A stretch of DNA of 64,000 nt from Mycobacterium sp. Its GTDB lineage: Bacteria; Actinomycetota; Actinomycetes; Mycobacteriales; Mycobacteriaceae. The translations under genes were made by a program, and so were the position numbers. Below are positions 51,642-62,153 of the stretch, piece by piece. The stretch is taken from positions 21,372-85,371 of the forward strand of contig JBEVFK010000097.1 of NCBI GenBank assembly GCA_040512325.1, in the 5' to 3' direction. The notes under the pieces were generated by a model that ran no database searches, was not told the origin of the DNA, and saw only the letters and a program-made list of their open reading frames with translations. Every line of letters starts with the position of its first letter. Position 1 is the stretch's first letter.

Positions 51642-52736
51642 TCACACCCAATTGCGCACGCCCGGTGCGTATCCGGCTGGTTTGTCCGCCACCTTGGCAC
51701 CGGGGTTGATGATCGCCTGTTGGTAGCCGGGGGTGAACATCTTGTAGACCGACTGAGGTGGCACGGCACTGGCGTCGTCGATCGTCGCGCGCAACTCCGC
51801 GGGTATCTCGAAGTCCAGTGCGGCCATGGTTCCGGCGAGTTGCCCGGCGCTGCTGGCGCCCACGATCGCCGCGGCGATGCCGGGTTGTGTTGCCACCCAG
51901 TTGATTGCGACCTGGGCCATGCTGGCCCCCAGTTTGTCGGCGACCACGGCCAGTGGCTCGAGTAGTTGCCAGTCTCGGTCGGTCAGGTCGAGGGCCGAAG
52001 CGCCGGTGACGCTGAGCCGGCCGTCTCCGCCCACGCCCTTGTCATCGGCGTGATACTTGCCGCTGAGGAAGCCCTGGCCCAACGGACTCCAGGCAGTGAT
52101 CCCCAGGCCGAGGTTCTGCCCCATCGGAACGTGTTCGACTTCGATCGCCCGCGCGATCAGCGAATAGGGCAGCTGCAGGTTGATCAAGGGCGTGAGGTTG
52201 TTCGCCTGCGCGAACGTCTGGGCCTGTGCTGCATACCAGGCCGGAGTGTCCGAGATTCCCGCGTACCGGATCTTGCCCGCGCGCACCAGATGGTCGAATG
52301 TCTGCATGACCTCTTCGACGGGGGTCAGTCGATCCCAGGAATGCAGGAGGTAGACGTCGACGTAGTCGGTGCGCAGCCGGCGTAGCGACGCTTCGAGAGC
52401 GCGCACCATGTGCTTACGGCCGTTGCCGCCGCCGTTCGGGTCACCCGGGAACATGCCGTTGGTGAATTTGGTGGTCAGCACCACGCGATCACGAACGCCG
52501 GCCTCGGCAAGGAGCTCGCCGAGAATGGTCTCGCTCTCACCGTCGGTGTAGAAGTCGGCAGTGTCGATGAAGTTTCCGCCGGCATCGAGGTACTGGCGCA
52601 GGATAGGGCGCGACTCGTCGAGGGTCTTGCCGTAAGAGGCGTGGTAACCGCTGGTGCCAAAGTTCATGGTACCCAGGGCGAGTCGGCTCACCCGTAAACC
52701 GGAGCGGCCCAGAAGGTAGTACTGATCATTTGCCAT
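51642..52736 (-). CDS. aldo/keto reductase
   Basis: LGRSGLRVSRLALGTM, DTADFY, WSPLGQG. Confidence 0.92.
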   Translation of the reverse strand: MANDQYYLLGRSGLRVSRLALGTMNFGTSGYHASYGKTLDESRPILRQYLDAGGNFIDTADFYTDGESETILGELLAEAGVRDRVVLTTKFTNGMFPGDPNGGGNGRKHMVRALEASLRRLRTDYVDVYLLHSWDRLTPVEEVMQTFDHLVRAGKIRYAGISDTPAWYAAQAQTFAQANNLTPLINLQLPYSLIARAIEVEHVPMGQNLGLGITAWSPLGQGFLSGKYHADDKGVGGDGRLSVTGASALDLTDRDWQLLEPLAVVADKLGASMAQVAINWVATQPGIAAAIVGASSAGQLAGTMAALDFEIPAELRATIDDASAVPPQSVYKMFTPGYQQAIINPGAKVADKPAGYAPGVRNWV

Positions 52737-52893
52737 GATGTGTGTTCCTTTGCTCAGCACCTAGGAAGCCGGGTGGCGTTTTCCGGTGGACCCAGGTGTT
52801 GCCGTCGGGTCATTGCACGACTTGCAGAATCGATACCGGGGCACCCGATGTGCGACGACGGATTTGATGACGCCCACTGTGCACAAAGCGAAT

Positions 52894-52909
52894 TGGACTT
52901 GCAAGTCCA
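52894..52909. promoter_or_regulatory. perfect 16-bp palindrome, probable TetR operator
   Basis: TGGACTTGCAAGTCCA between the divergent AKR and hydrolase genes. Confidence 0.65.
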
Positions 52910-52933
52910 GTCGGGCGTCAGCACGATGGGCAT

Positions 52934-53923
52934 GTGCTCTCCCGTCGCGAATTCGCCCAAGGCCTGGGTTTGGCCGTCGCTGCCACGTCTGCAGCGCACA
53001 TCGCTGTCGCCGGCGCAGCACCGGCAGCATCGTCCTTCGCACTGCTCAAACAGGTGGACGCCGGCGAACTCAGCATCGGTTACGCCGAGGACGGACCGGC
53101 GGACGGGCCACCGGTGATCCTGCTTCACGGCTGGCCCTACGACATTCACAGCTATGTGGAGGTGGTTCCTCTGCTGGCGGCGCGCGGCTACCGGGTGTTG
53201 GTGCCGTACCTGCGGGGCTATGGCACCACCCGATTCCGCGCGGCGGACGCGAGGCGCAACGGCCAGCAGGGCGCACTGGCCACCGACGTCGTCGCCTTCA
53301 TGGATGCCCTTGCTATCGATCGTGCTGTTCTGGCCGGATTCGACTGGGGCGCACGGACGGCCGACATCGTGGCCGCAGTGTGGCCGCAACGGTGCAAAGC
53401 GCTGGTGTCGGTGAGCGGCTATCTGATCGTCAATCTCGTCGCCAACCAACGTCCGCTCACACCGCAGGCAGAGCACGGCTGGTGGTATCAGTACTATTTC
53501 GCGACCCAGCGCGGTGAAGACGGCTACCGCGCCAATACCCATGACTTCAACAAGCTCATCTGGCAGGAAGCCTCACCAACCTGGGCGTTCGACGACGCCA
53601 CCTATGATCGCAGCGCCACCGCCTTCGACAATCCCGATCATGTCGAGATCGTCATCCACAATTACCGGTGGCGGCTCAGTCTGGCTCCCGGCGATCCGCG
53701 TTACGACAACCTGGAACGGCAGCTTGCCACCAATCCGGTCATCTCGGTGCCGACGATCACCATCGGTAGCGACTTCGACGGTCCCAACAAAGACGGTGCC
53801 GCGTACCGAAAGATGTTCACCGGCGCCTACTCCCATCGGGTGCTCGACGGCATCGGACACAATGTGCCGCAGGAAGCCCCGCAGGAGTTCGCCGCTGCCG
53901 TGGCGGCTGCCGACTCGTACTGA
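52934..53923 (+). CDS. Tat-signal alpha/beta hydrolase (epoxide hydrolase-like)
   Basis: SRREF twin-arginine leader, LLHGWP, GFDWG, GHNVPQE. Confidence 0.85.
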   Translation: MLSRREFAQGLGLAVAATSAAHIAVAGAAPAASSFALLKQVDAGELSIGYAEDGPADGPPVILLHGWPYDIHSYVEVVPLLAARGYRVLVPYLRGYGTTRFRAADARRNGQQGALATDVVAFMDALAIDRAVLAGFDWGARTADIVAAVWPQRCKALVSVSGYLIVNLVANQRPLTPQAEHGWWYQYYFATQRGEDGYRANTHDFNKLIWQEASPTWAFDDATYDRSATAFDNPDHVEIVIHNYRWRLSLAPGDPRYDNLERQLATNPVISVPTITIGSDFDGPNKDGAAYRKMFTGAYSHRVLDGIGHNVPQEAPQEFAAAVAAADSY

Positions 53924-53938
53924 GTGTGTGCCGGTACT

Positions 53939-54556
53939 TCAGCGACGAAGCGCGCGGATGCCCTCGTCGAGCGCGGCTTCGAGGTAGGTGAGGTCGCCGG
54001 TGGACATGAGGACCCCGACTCCCCCCTGGATACCGGCCAGCAATGCTGCGCCGGCCCGGTCTGCATCCACCGCAGCTGATATCTCGCCGAGTTGCTGCAT
54101 CGCCTGGATTCCGGCCACGATCGACATCCGCCATTTCGCGAACAGTTGCACGGAGATGGCTCGGGCGCCGGGGGTGGTACGGCCGACCTCGGCGATCAGC
54201 CCGGCCAGAGGGCAGAGCTCTCCTTGGCGGCGATAACGTGCGACCACGGAAGCCTGCCACTGCTCCCACGCCTCCCAGGACGTCAGATTGCCCAGGAAGG
54301 GTTGCTGGTCCTCGATGACCTGGTCGGCTTCGTACCTGGCAACCTCCAGGAACAGTTGCTCCTTGCCTTCCGGGAAATAGTGGAAGAGCTGACTTTTGGA
54401 GGTCTGCGTGCGGTCCATGATGTGGTCGAGCGTGGTCAGAGGTGCACCGCGGAGTCGGCATTCATCCGAGGCACCTTCGATGATGCGCCGGCGAGTGGCT
54501 TGTCCCCTGGCTGTCAACTTCACGTGGTTTCTGCTGCGCGACGCCGTGACAGTCAT
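53939..54556 (-). CDS. TetR family regulator
   Basis: TRRRIIEGA..TSKSQLFHYFPEGKEQL. Confidence 0.9.
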   Translation of the reverse strand: MTVTASRSRNHVKLTARGQATRRRIIEGASDECRLRGAPLTTLDHIMDRTQTSKSQLFHYFPEGKEQLFLEVARYEADQVIEDQQPFLGNLTSWEAWEQWQASVVARYRRQGELCPLAGLIAEVGRTTPGARAISVQLFAKWRMSIVAGIQAMQQLGEISAAVDADRAGAALLAGIQGGVGVLMSTGDLTYLEAALDEGIRALRR

Positions 54557-54578
54557 GCATTCATGCTAACGACTGGCC

Positions 54579-57500
54579 TCACTGGAAGTCGCGGGATTTG
54601 GAGCGGACCCGCATGGTCAGGTTGTCCATCCGATCGGCGATCACCGTGACCGCCCCGGTGGCGTTCTGCACGATCCCGCGGATCACCAGCGCGGACGCCG
54701 TCTGCGCCAGTTTGCGGTGCCGACCCCACACCCCGGGGGAACACAGGACATTCATCAGCCCGGTCTCGTCCTCGAGACCCAGAAACGTCACGCCCTGGGC
54801 CGTCGCCGGGCGTTGCCGGTGCGTCACCGCACCCGCGATCAAGACCCGGGTGCCGTCGGGCACCGTCAGCAGCTGGTTCGCGGGCACCACGCCGAGGGCG
54901 TCCAGGTCGGTCCGCAGGAACTGCGTCGGGAAGCTGTCCGGCGATACCCCGGTGGCCCACACATCGGCGGCCGCCAACTCCAGATCACTCATCCCGGGCA
55001 GGGTCGGAATCTGCGACGACGACCCCACTCCGGGCAGCCGGCCGGGCCGCTCACCGGCCGCGGCGCCGGCCGCCCACAGCCCCTCGCGTCGGCTGATCTC
55101 GAAGCAGGCCAGCGCACCTGCGGTGGCCAGCGCCTCGGTCTGCGGTACCGACAGCTGCACCCGGCCGGTGAGATCCAGCAGGGAAATAAAGGGCCCGTTC
55201 AGATTTCGCTCGTCCACGAGCTTCTGTGCCAGCTCGTCGCCGATGTGGCGCACCGCGCCGAGCCCCAGCCTGACCTCGGTCCCGGAGTTCTCCAACGTGG
55301 CGTGCGCCAGGCTGGCGTTGGCATCGGGGCCGTGTACCAGCACCCCATGCCTACGGGCGTCGGCCACCAGCGACTGCGGTGAGTAGAACCCCATCGGCTG
55401 GGCCCGCAGCAGGGCCGCGCAGAACGCCGCCGGGTGGTGCAGCTTGAACCACGACGAGTAGAACACCAACGATGCGAAGCTCAGCGAGTGGCTCTCCGGG
55501 AAACCGAAATTGGCGAAGGCTTCCAGCTTTTCGTAGATGCGGTCGGCCAGCGGCCCGGTGATGCCGTGCTTCTCGCGCATACCGTCGTAGAACCGGCCGC
55601 GCAACCGGCGCATCTTCTCGGTGGAGCGTTTGGATCCCATGGCCCGCCGCAACTGATCGGCCTCGGCGCCGGTGAAGCCCGCGCAGTCCACCGCCAACTG
55701 CATCAGCTGTTCCTGGAACAGCGGCACGCCCAGGGTTTTCCGCAGCGCGGGTTCCATCGAGGGATGGTCGTAGACCACCGGTTCTATTCCGTTGCGCCGG
55801 TTGATGTACGGGTGCACCGACCCACCCTGGATGGGTCCGGGACGGATCAACGCCACCTCGACCACCAGGTCGTAGAAGATCCGCGGTTTGAGCCGGGGCA
55901 GGGTGGACATCTGCGCGCGTGACTCCACCTGGAACACCCCGACGGAATCGGCGCGTTGCAGCATCTCGTAGACGGCTGGCTCGGACAGGTCCAGGGTGGC
56001 CAGATCCACCTCGATGCCCTTGTGCTCGGCCAGCAGATCGATGGCGTAGTGCAGGGCCGAGAGCATGCCGAGGCCCAACAGGTCGAACTTCACCAGACCG
56101 ATTGCCGCACAGTCGTCTTTGTCCCATTGCAGGACGCTGCGGTTCTCCATGCGGGCCCATTCCACCGGGCACACATCGGCGATCGGGCGGTCACAGATCA
56201 CCATGCCGCCGGAGTGGATCCCCATGTGGCGAGGCAGGTTCTTGATCTGTAAGGCCAGATCGATCACCGGCTCGGGGATGCCGTCCACATCAGGGGAATC
56301 GGCCAGCCCGTTCCAGCGGCTGATCTGCTTGCTCCACGCGTCCTGCTGTCCTTGCGAAAAGCCCAGCGCCCGAGCCATATCGCGGACCGCACTGCGGCCA
56401 CGGTAGGTGATGACGTTGGCCACCTGGGCGGCGTAGGCACGACCGTACTTGGTGTAGACGTACTGGATGGCGTGCTCGCGCAGATCCGATTCGATGTCGA
56501 TATCGATATCGGGTGGGCCGTCGCGGGCGGGTGAGAGGAACCGCTCGAAGAGCAACTCGTTGGCCACGGGATCCACCGCGGTGACGCCGAGGGCGTAACA
56601 GACTGCCGAGTTGGCGGCCGATCCCCGGCCCTGGCACAGGATCTTGCTCTTCCGGCAGAACTGGGTGATGTCGTGCACCACCAGGAAATAGCCGGGAAAG
56701 TTGAGCTGGGAGATGACGGCCAGTTCCCGTTCGATCTGCGCGTAGGCCTGCGGGGCGGCGCTGCGCGGACCGTAACGCCGGGCGGCCCCAGCCATGGTCA
56801 GCTCCCGCAGATAGCTGTCCTCGGTATGGCCGTCCGGCACGTCGAAGGGCGGCAGCTGCGGCGCGATGAGCTGCAGCCCGAACGCACACTCCTCCCCCAG
56901 CTGTGCCGCGGCGGTCACCACCTCGGGCCGCTGGGCGAACATCCGGGCCATCTCGTCACCGGAGCGCAGGTGCGCCCCGCCGAGCGGAGCCAGCCAGCCG
57001 GCACCCTCGTCGAGGGATTGCCGGGCCCGGATGGCACCCATCGCCATGGCCAGCCGGCCGCGCGCCGGCTCGGCGAAGTGCGCGCCGGTGGTGGCGATCA
57101 GGCCGACGCCGAAGCGGGGAGCCAGCGTGGCCATCATGGCGTTGCGCTCATCGTCGAGTGGATGCCCGTGACAGGTGAGCTCGACGCTGACCCGATCGGC
57201 CCCGAACCGATCCACCAGATCAGCGAGCGCGGCCGCCGCAGCGTCCAGACCACCGGTCGACAGCGCTTGCCGGACATGGCCTTTGCGGCATCCGGTCAAG
57301 ATGTGCCAGTGTCCACCCGCCGCCTCGGTGAGCGCGTCGTAGTCATACTGGGGTTTCCCTTTCTCCCCGCCGGCCAGGTGGGCGGTGGAGATCTCCCGCG
57401 ACAGCCGCCGATAGCCTTCCGGGCCGCGGGCGAGCACCAGCAGATGTGGCCCCGGCGGATCGGGGACCTCGGTACGGGCGCCGCCACCGCTGAGTGACAG

Positions 57501-57875
57501 TTCGGCGCCGAACACCGTGCTGATGTCGAGCTCCCTGGCTGCCTCGGCGAACCGCACCACGCCGTAGAGCCCGTCATGGTCGGTCAGCGCGATGGCCCGC
57601 AGGTCCAGCCGCGCGGCCTCCTCGACGAGTTCCTCCGGCGTACTGGCCCCGTCGAGGAAGCTGTACGCCGAATGCGTGTGCAGCTCGGCATAGGGCACCC
57701 CGGAACGGACCCGACGCTCACCGGCAGGCTCGAAGGCCTCACGCTTGCGCGACCAGGCCGGGCTGTCCCCGCCGTCGCCCGTCGGCTCCCCCAAGGGCAT
57801 GCCGGCGCGACGCGGCTTGCTGTTGAGCACCCGCTCCATCTCGCCCCAGGTCGACGGTCCGTCGTTCCAGCCCAT
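54579..57875 (-). CDS. dnaE2: error-prone DNA polymerase DnaE2
   Basis: PHP domain YAELHTHSAYSFLDG, GRGSAANS, PDIDID, C-terminal SRDFQ. Confidence 0.97.
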   Translation of the reverse strand: MGWNDGPSTWGEMERVLNSKPRRAGMPLGEPTGDGGDSPAWSRKREAFEPAGERRVRSGVPYAELHTHSAYSFLDGASTPEELVEEAARLDLRAIALTDHDGLYGVVRFAEAARELDISTVFGAELSLSGGGARTEVPDPPGPHLLVLARGPEGYRRLSREISTAHLAGGEKGKPQYDYDALTEAAGGHWHILTGCRKGHVRQALSTGGLDAAAAALADLVDRFGADRVSVELTCHGHPLDDERNAMMATLAPRFGVGLIATTGAHFAEPARGRLAMAMGAIRARQSLDEGAGWLAPLGGAHLRSGDEMARMFAQRPEVVTAAAQLGEECAFGLQLIAPQLPPFDVPDGHTEDSYLRELTMAGAARRYGPRSAAPQAYAQIERELAVISQLNFPGYFLVVHDITQFCRKSKILCQGRGSAANSAVCYALGVTAVDPVANELLFERFLSPARDGPPDIDIDIESDLREHAIQYVYTKYGRAYAAQVANVITYRGRSAVRDMARALGFSQGQQDAWSKQISRWNGLADSPDVDGIPEPVIDLALQIKNLPRHMGIHSGGMVICDRPIADVCPVEWARMENRSVLQWDKDDCAAIGLVKFDLLGLGMLSALHYAIDLLAEHKGIEVDLATLDLSEPAVYEMLQRADSVGVFQVESRAQMSTLPRLKPRIFYDLVVEVALIRPGPIQGGSVHPYINRRNGIEPVVYDHPSMEPALRKTLGVPLFQEQLMQLAVDCAGFTGAEADQLRRAMGSKRSTEKMRRLRGRFYDGMREKHGITGPLADRIYEKLEAFANFGFPESHSLSFASLVFYSSWFKLHHPAAFCAALLRAQPMGFYSPQSLVADARRHGVLVHGPDANASLAHATLENSGTEVRLGLGAVRHIGDELAQKLVDERNLNGPFISLLDLTGRVQLSVPQTEALATAGALACFEISRREGLWAAGAAAGERPGRLPGVGSSSQIPTLPGMSDLELAAADVWATGVSPDSFPTQFLRTDLDALGVVPANQLLTVPDGTRVLIAGAVTHRQRPATAQGVTFLGLEDETGLMNVLCSPGVWGRHRKLAQTASALVIRGIVQNATGAVTVIADRMDNLTMRVRSKSRDFQ

Positions 57876-57887
57876 CACCCGAGTGTA

Positions 57888-57903
57888 TCGAACATCAGTT
57901 CGA
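57888..57903. promoter_or_regulatory. LexA SOS box
   Basis: TCGAAC-ATCA-GTTCGA next to the minus-strand -10 TACACT of dnaE2. Confidence 0.92.
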
Positions 57904-58021
57904 TGCGATGCATGATTGCTGCAGCCGTCTGTGGCACTGTGCACCCAGGCGTGCGGTCCAGCTCACGTTTTCCGCCCCTGAGACGAGCAGTTCCTGCCAC
58001 CCAGCGCTCAAATTCTGCCAT

Positions 58022-58047
58022 GGAATTAAACCCCTGACCTGCTGGTT
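58022..58047 (+). promoter_or_regulatory. SigH/SigE-like ECF promoter
   Basis: GGAATT-N17-GTT upstream of the small secreted protein gene. Confidence 0.45.
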
Positions 58048-58150
58048 CTATACATCAGACCGGTACGGAACCCCTCCAGAACCGATTGAACCGTCGCTCA
58101 TCACGAGCCCCGATTCGAACCTCAAAACGAATCAAGAGAGAAGCACCATC

Positions 58151-58474
58151 ATGAAGAACTTCGGATTTGCCGCCATCACCGCCACCGCCCTCGCCGCCGG
58201 CTTCCTCGGACTGGCCGCCCCCGCCCTGGCCGCCCCCACCGGCGCCGGCAACGCCCAAGACACCATCTCCTCGCTCCAAGAGCAGGGCTACAAGGTCATC
58301 GTCAACCGCCAGTCCAACGCCCCGCTGAGTGAAGCCAGCGTCGTCTCCATCGGCGAAGGCGCCACCTTCAGCCACAGCAACACCAACAACGGCAACCAGG
58401 GCGGCTACGGCCCCAACGCCGACAACCAGTTCGCCCCGGAAAACACGAAGACCATCTACGTCAACGTGAAGTGA
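58151..58474 (+). CDS. small secreted protein
   Basis: Signal peptide MKNFGFAAITATALAAGFLGLAAPALA, then APTG..LQEQGYKVIVN..TIYVNVK; strong C-ending codon bias. Confidence 0.85.
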   Translation: MKNFGFAAITATALAAGFLGLAAPALAAPTGAGNAQDTISSLQEQGYKVIVNRQSNAPLSEASVVSIGEGATFSHSNTNNGNQGGYGPNADNQFAPENTKTIYVNVK

Positions 58475-58481
58475 CAATCAG

Positions 58482-58511
58482 CAAGAGGAGCGCCCTTCGG
58501 GGCGCTTTTCT
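58482..58511 (+). terminator. intrinsic terminator
   Basis: AGCGCCC-TTCG-GGGCGCT followed by TTTCT. Confidence 0.85.
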
Positions 58512-58588
58512 GCGTTGAGGCGGCGATCAGACAGCGATCCGGCTGGATCTGTCGTCTGAGCGCCACCCCAACCGGGTATGGAGGACTC

Positions 58589-59395
58589 ATGACATGGACC
58601 TTGACCCAGTCGACGGAACTCGACGACGGGGTGGTGCGCTGGGAGTCCTTCGGTGACGGCCCACCGATCGTGCTGGTCCACGGCACGCCGTACTCGTCGT
58701 TCCTGTGGCGCGATGTGGCGCTCGCCCTTGCCCGCCGCGGACGGCAGGTCTATGTCTTCGACCACCTCGGCTATGGCCAATCCGACAAACATGACGGCCA
58801 GGACCTCACCCTCGCGGCGCAGGGACGTAACTTCGCCGAACTCCTACGGCGGTGGAAGCTGAACCGCCCCAGCGTTGTTGCCTGCGACATCGGCGGAGCG
58901 ATCGTGTTGCGGGCACTGTTGCTCGGCGGCGCCGAGTACTCCGATCTGACGCTCTTCGATGCCGTCACCGGAGGAACCTGGGAGCACGGGCTGTTCGGCC
59001 TGATCCGGCAACATCACGACGTCTTCGAACAACTCCCCGCCTACGCCCACGAGGCGCTGGTGACCGCGCACCTGCGCAATGGCACTCATCAGGGTTATCG
59101 CCCGGGCGTTCTCGAGACCTATCTGGCCCCCTGGCTCGGCTCCGACGGCCAAGCCGCGTTCTACCGGCAGTACCGCCAGCTCAGCCAGGCCGACACCGCC
59201 GAGTACGAGCATCTGCTGGACACCATCGACATCCCTGTGACGCTGCTGTGGGGACGCGACGATCAGATCCTGCCCGCGCCGCACGGCGAATGGATCGCAC
59301 AGCGGATTTCCCACCGGGGACTCACGTGGATCGATGACGCCGGGCATCTGCTGCCCGAGGATGCCCCGGCCCAACTGATCGAGCGGTTGATCTAG
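58589..59395 (+). CDS. alpha/beta fold hydrolase
   Basis: [23 protein letters not shown]. Confidence 0.88.
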   Translation: MTWTLTQSTELDDGVVRWESFGDGPPIVLVHGTPYSSFLWRDVALALARRGRQVYVFDHLGYGQSDKHDGQDLTLAAQGRNFAELLRRWKLNRPSVVACDIGGAIVLRALLLGGAEYSDLTLFDAVTGGTWEHGLFGLIRQHHDVFEQLPAYAHEALVTAHLRNGTHQGYRPGVLETYLAPWLGSDGQAAFYRQYRQLSQADTAEYEHLLDTIDIPVTLLWGRDDQILPAPHGEWIAQRISHRGLTWIDDAGHLLPEDAPAQLIERLI

Positions 59396-60585
59396 AACCC
59401 GAACCCGAGTTCGGCGGGCACATCACTGCGAAACGCCAGGTCGGCTTGCACCAGCTTGTGGCGGTCAGGGCACCGAATGCGGTTGGCCGCAGCAAGTTCC
59501 AGAACAGTGTGCACACCGAGATAGATGCTGCCCAGCACATCGAGGTCGAACTCCAGATCCGCCGGCGCGTCGGTGGGCGCACAGTGTGCCACGCCGTCGC
59601 GCACGTGCACGACGAAACGTCCTCCATCGGAACGGAAGTCGTCGCCGATCTCCAGCACCACGCTCAGGTCAGCCGGGTAGCGCCGCGCCTCGAGCGCCGC
59701 GGGCACATCCATGATGCGCAGCCACAGCGAGTCCTCCTGCGAGGTGGTCCGGACCTGCCGGGAGTCCACCAGCAGGTACGGCAGCGGGTCGGACGGGTAG
59801 GTGTCGATCTGCACCTGCTCCATCAAGTCCAGTCCAAGCAGCGCCCGCCACAGCGCGGCATGCGCCTGCGGGGTCACGGCCGTCAGTGCTTCCACGCGCG
59901 CCACCATCGCCTCGCCGTGGCGCACCCGGTACACCGCGTAACCGTCCGCATGCAGGAAGGCGAACCATGCGGTGCCGCCGTCTCGACTGGTCTCCCGGTC
60001 GGCGAGCAGGTCATCCCAGAGCACCGACGGGCGGGCCAGACCACCCGGTGTCAGGTGCCGCCAGCGCTCGTAGATCTCCTCGAGCTGGTCGCGGTGCTCG
60101 CCGGGCCGCACCAGGCGCACACCGCCGACATCGGGGGCGTCCGGGTGGAAGTGGGCGAACCGGCGCTGTACCGACAAGGTGCGTTCGATGGTGGCCGGGC
60201 CGTAGCCGAACCTCCCGTAGATGCCGCCCTCGCTGGCGGTCAGTGCGGCCATCGGATAGCCCGCCTGCGATATACGGTCGTGCAGTTCGTCATACATCGC
60301 CCGCAGCAGGCCACGGCGTCGATGTGTGGGCGCCACTGCCACCGCCGACAGACCCGCGGTGGGCAGCACAGCTCCGCCGGGCACGGTCATCTCGAGGTCG
60401 ATATAACGCGCCATGCCAACGAGTTCGGTGTCGTCGTACACGACCACTGATCCCTCGTCGGCCGTCAACACCTGCCACGGCCGCTGGCTTCCGGGATGGT
60501 GGTACTCACCGAAGGATGTCGCCTCCAGTTGCGCTATCGCCGCCTGGTCGTCCTCGGTCGCCGAACGTACTGACCATGGGCTCAC
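59392..60585 (-). CDS. eis: Eis-family GNAT acetyltransferase
   Basis: [35 protein letters not shown]-like C-terminus ending in F. Confidence 0.9.
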   Translation of the reverse strand: MSPWSVRSATEDDQAAIAQLEATSFGEYHHPGSQRPWQVLTADEGSVVVYDDTELVGMARYIDLEMTVPGGAVLPTAGLSAVAVAPTHRRRGLLRAMYDELHDRISQAGYPMAALTASEGGIYGRFGYGPATIERTLSVQRRFAHFHPDAPDVGGVRLVRPGEHRDQLEEIYERWRHLTPGGLARPSVLWDDLLADRETSRDGGTAWFAFLHADGYAVYRVRHGEAMVARVEALTAVTPQAHAALWRALLGLDLMEQVQIDTYPSDPLPYLLVDSRQVRTTSQEDSLWLRIMDVPAALEARRYPADLSVVLEIGDDFRSDGGRFVVHVRDGVAHCAPTDAPADLEFDLDVLGSIYLGVHTVLELAAANRIRCPDRHKLVQADLAFRSDVPAELGFGF

Positions 60586-60623
60586 ACCGACAACAGTGCC
60601 ACACCGCGCAACCGAGTTTCGGG

Positions 60624-62153
60624 CTAGTCGGCGCTCTCCGGCGGGGCAATGCTGCTCATGCTGCGATCGGTGAAGAACGCCGGACTGCGCACCCGCATCA
60701 CCAGCATCAGCACCGCGCCGAGCACCAAGAGGCCGAAGCCCATGAAGAACACCAGCCCGATGCCGCCGATCGATCCGCCGCTGGCATTCTCCGGATTCAT
60801 GCTCTCCTTGATCGAGATGACGAACACCGCCGCCAGGATCAGACCGCCCAGCAGCGGAAAGAGGAACTTGAACACGGCATTGCGCGGGCTGCTGAAGAGC
60901 TCACGACGGAAGTACCAGATGCAGGCGAACGCCGTGATGCCGTAATACCAGCAGATCATGATGCCCAGGGCGGCAATGGTATCCAGCAGCACCGACTCCG
61001 AGAGCAGACTGACCACGGTGTAGAACACGCCGGTGATCACACCGGCGACGATGGTGCTGAACCCCGGTACCAGGAATCGCGGGCTCACTTCGGCGAACTT
61101 CTTCGGGAACGCGCCGTAGGCGCCCATCGCCAGCATCGCCCGGGCCGCGGGCAGGAAGGTGGTCTGCAGGCTGGCCACCGCCGAGGCGAACACCGCCAGA
61201 TACAGCACCAGGCCACCGACGCCGCCGAGCACCGGTTCGGCCAGTGCGGCAAACACGTTGCTGGAGTTCTCTTCGTTGCCCAGACCCAGGCCGGTGTCAC
61301 CGACCCCGGCGTACATCATCACCGCCACCGCCACCAGCAGGTAAGTGATCAGGATGGAGGTGACGCACAGGAGCCCGGCCCGCCCCGGCACTTTGGTGGG
61401 GTCCTTGGATTCCTCGCCCAGGGTCAGGCAGGTGTCCCAGCCCCAGAACGCGAAGATCGATCCGGTGACGCCGATGACGAAGGCGCCCAGCGCCATACCC
61501 GAGAACGGATTGAACCAGTCCAGGTCGAAGCTCAGGCCCGCAGGTGCATCACCGCGGCCCACGTGCACGATGGCGACGACCGCGAACGCCAACAGCACGA
61601 TCATCTGGAATCCGACCAGGATGTATTGCACCCGTTCGCTGGTGGTGATGCCCCTGCTGGCGATGAAGGTCGCCAGCGCCAGGAACGCCAGGGTGCTGAG
61701 GATGTTGACGGCGGTGTTGGAGGCCAGATCGGCGATGGACGGTTCATCGACCAGTTCGGCGATGAACAGATAGAAGAATTCGACGGCGATGGCCGCGAGG
61801 TTGGACAGCACGATGATGGTGGCGATCACCATGCCCCAGCCGCACATCCATCCGACATAGGGCCCGAATGCCTTGGTGGACCAGGTGAATGAGGCACCAC
61901 AGTCGGGAGCCCTGGAGTTGAGCTCGCGGTAGGCGTAGGCGGTGAGGAACATCGGGATGAAGCCGGCGATGAAGATCGCCGGCATCTTGAGGCCCACCGC
62001 AGCCACGATCAGGCCGATGCTGGCGGTGAGGGTGTAGCCGGGCGCCACCGACGAGATCCCGAGGATGGCACCGGAGAGCGTGCCGACTTTTCCGGCGGCC
62101 AGGCCTTTGGAGACCAGACCGGCCTGCTGGAGTTCACCATCGGGAGCCGTCAT
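60624..62153 (-). CDS. APC family permease (paralog of 21681-23192)
   Basis: [21 protein letters not shown], about 12 TM segments. Confidence 0.92.
   Translation of the reverse strand: MTAPDGELQQAGLVSKGLAAGKVGTLSGAILGISSVAPGYTLTASIGLIVAAVGLKMPAIFIAGFIPMFLTAYAYRELNSRAPDCGASFTWSTKAFGPYVGWMCGWGMVIATIIVLSNLAAIAVEFFYLFIAELVDEPSIADLASNTAVNILSTLAFLALATFIASRGITTSERVQYILVGFQMIVLLAFAVVAIVHVGRGDAPAGLSFDLDWFNPFSGMALGAFVIGVTGSIFAFWGWDTCLTLGEESKDPTKVPGRAGLLCVTSILITYLLVAVAVMMYAGVGDTGLGLGNEENSSNVFAALAEPVLGGVGGLVLYLAVFASAVASLQTTFLPAARAMLAMGAYGAFPKKFAEVSPRFLVPGFSTIVAGVITGVFYTVVSLLSESVLLDTIAALGIMICWYYGITAFACIWYFRRELFSSPRNAVFKFLFPLLGGLILAAVFVISIKESMNPENASGGSIGGIGLVFFMGFGLLVLGAVLMLVMRVRSPAFFTDRSMSSIAPPESAD

Noticed and set aside
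54579-57875. dnaE2 without adjacent imuA'/imuB
   Set aside because: A split mutasome cassette is the normal arrangement in mycobacteria.
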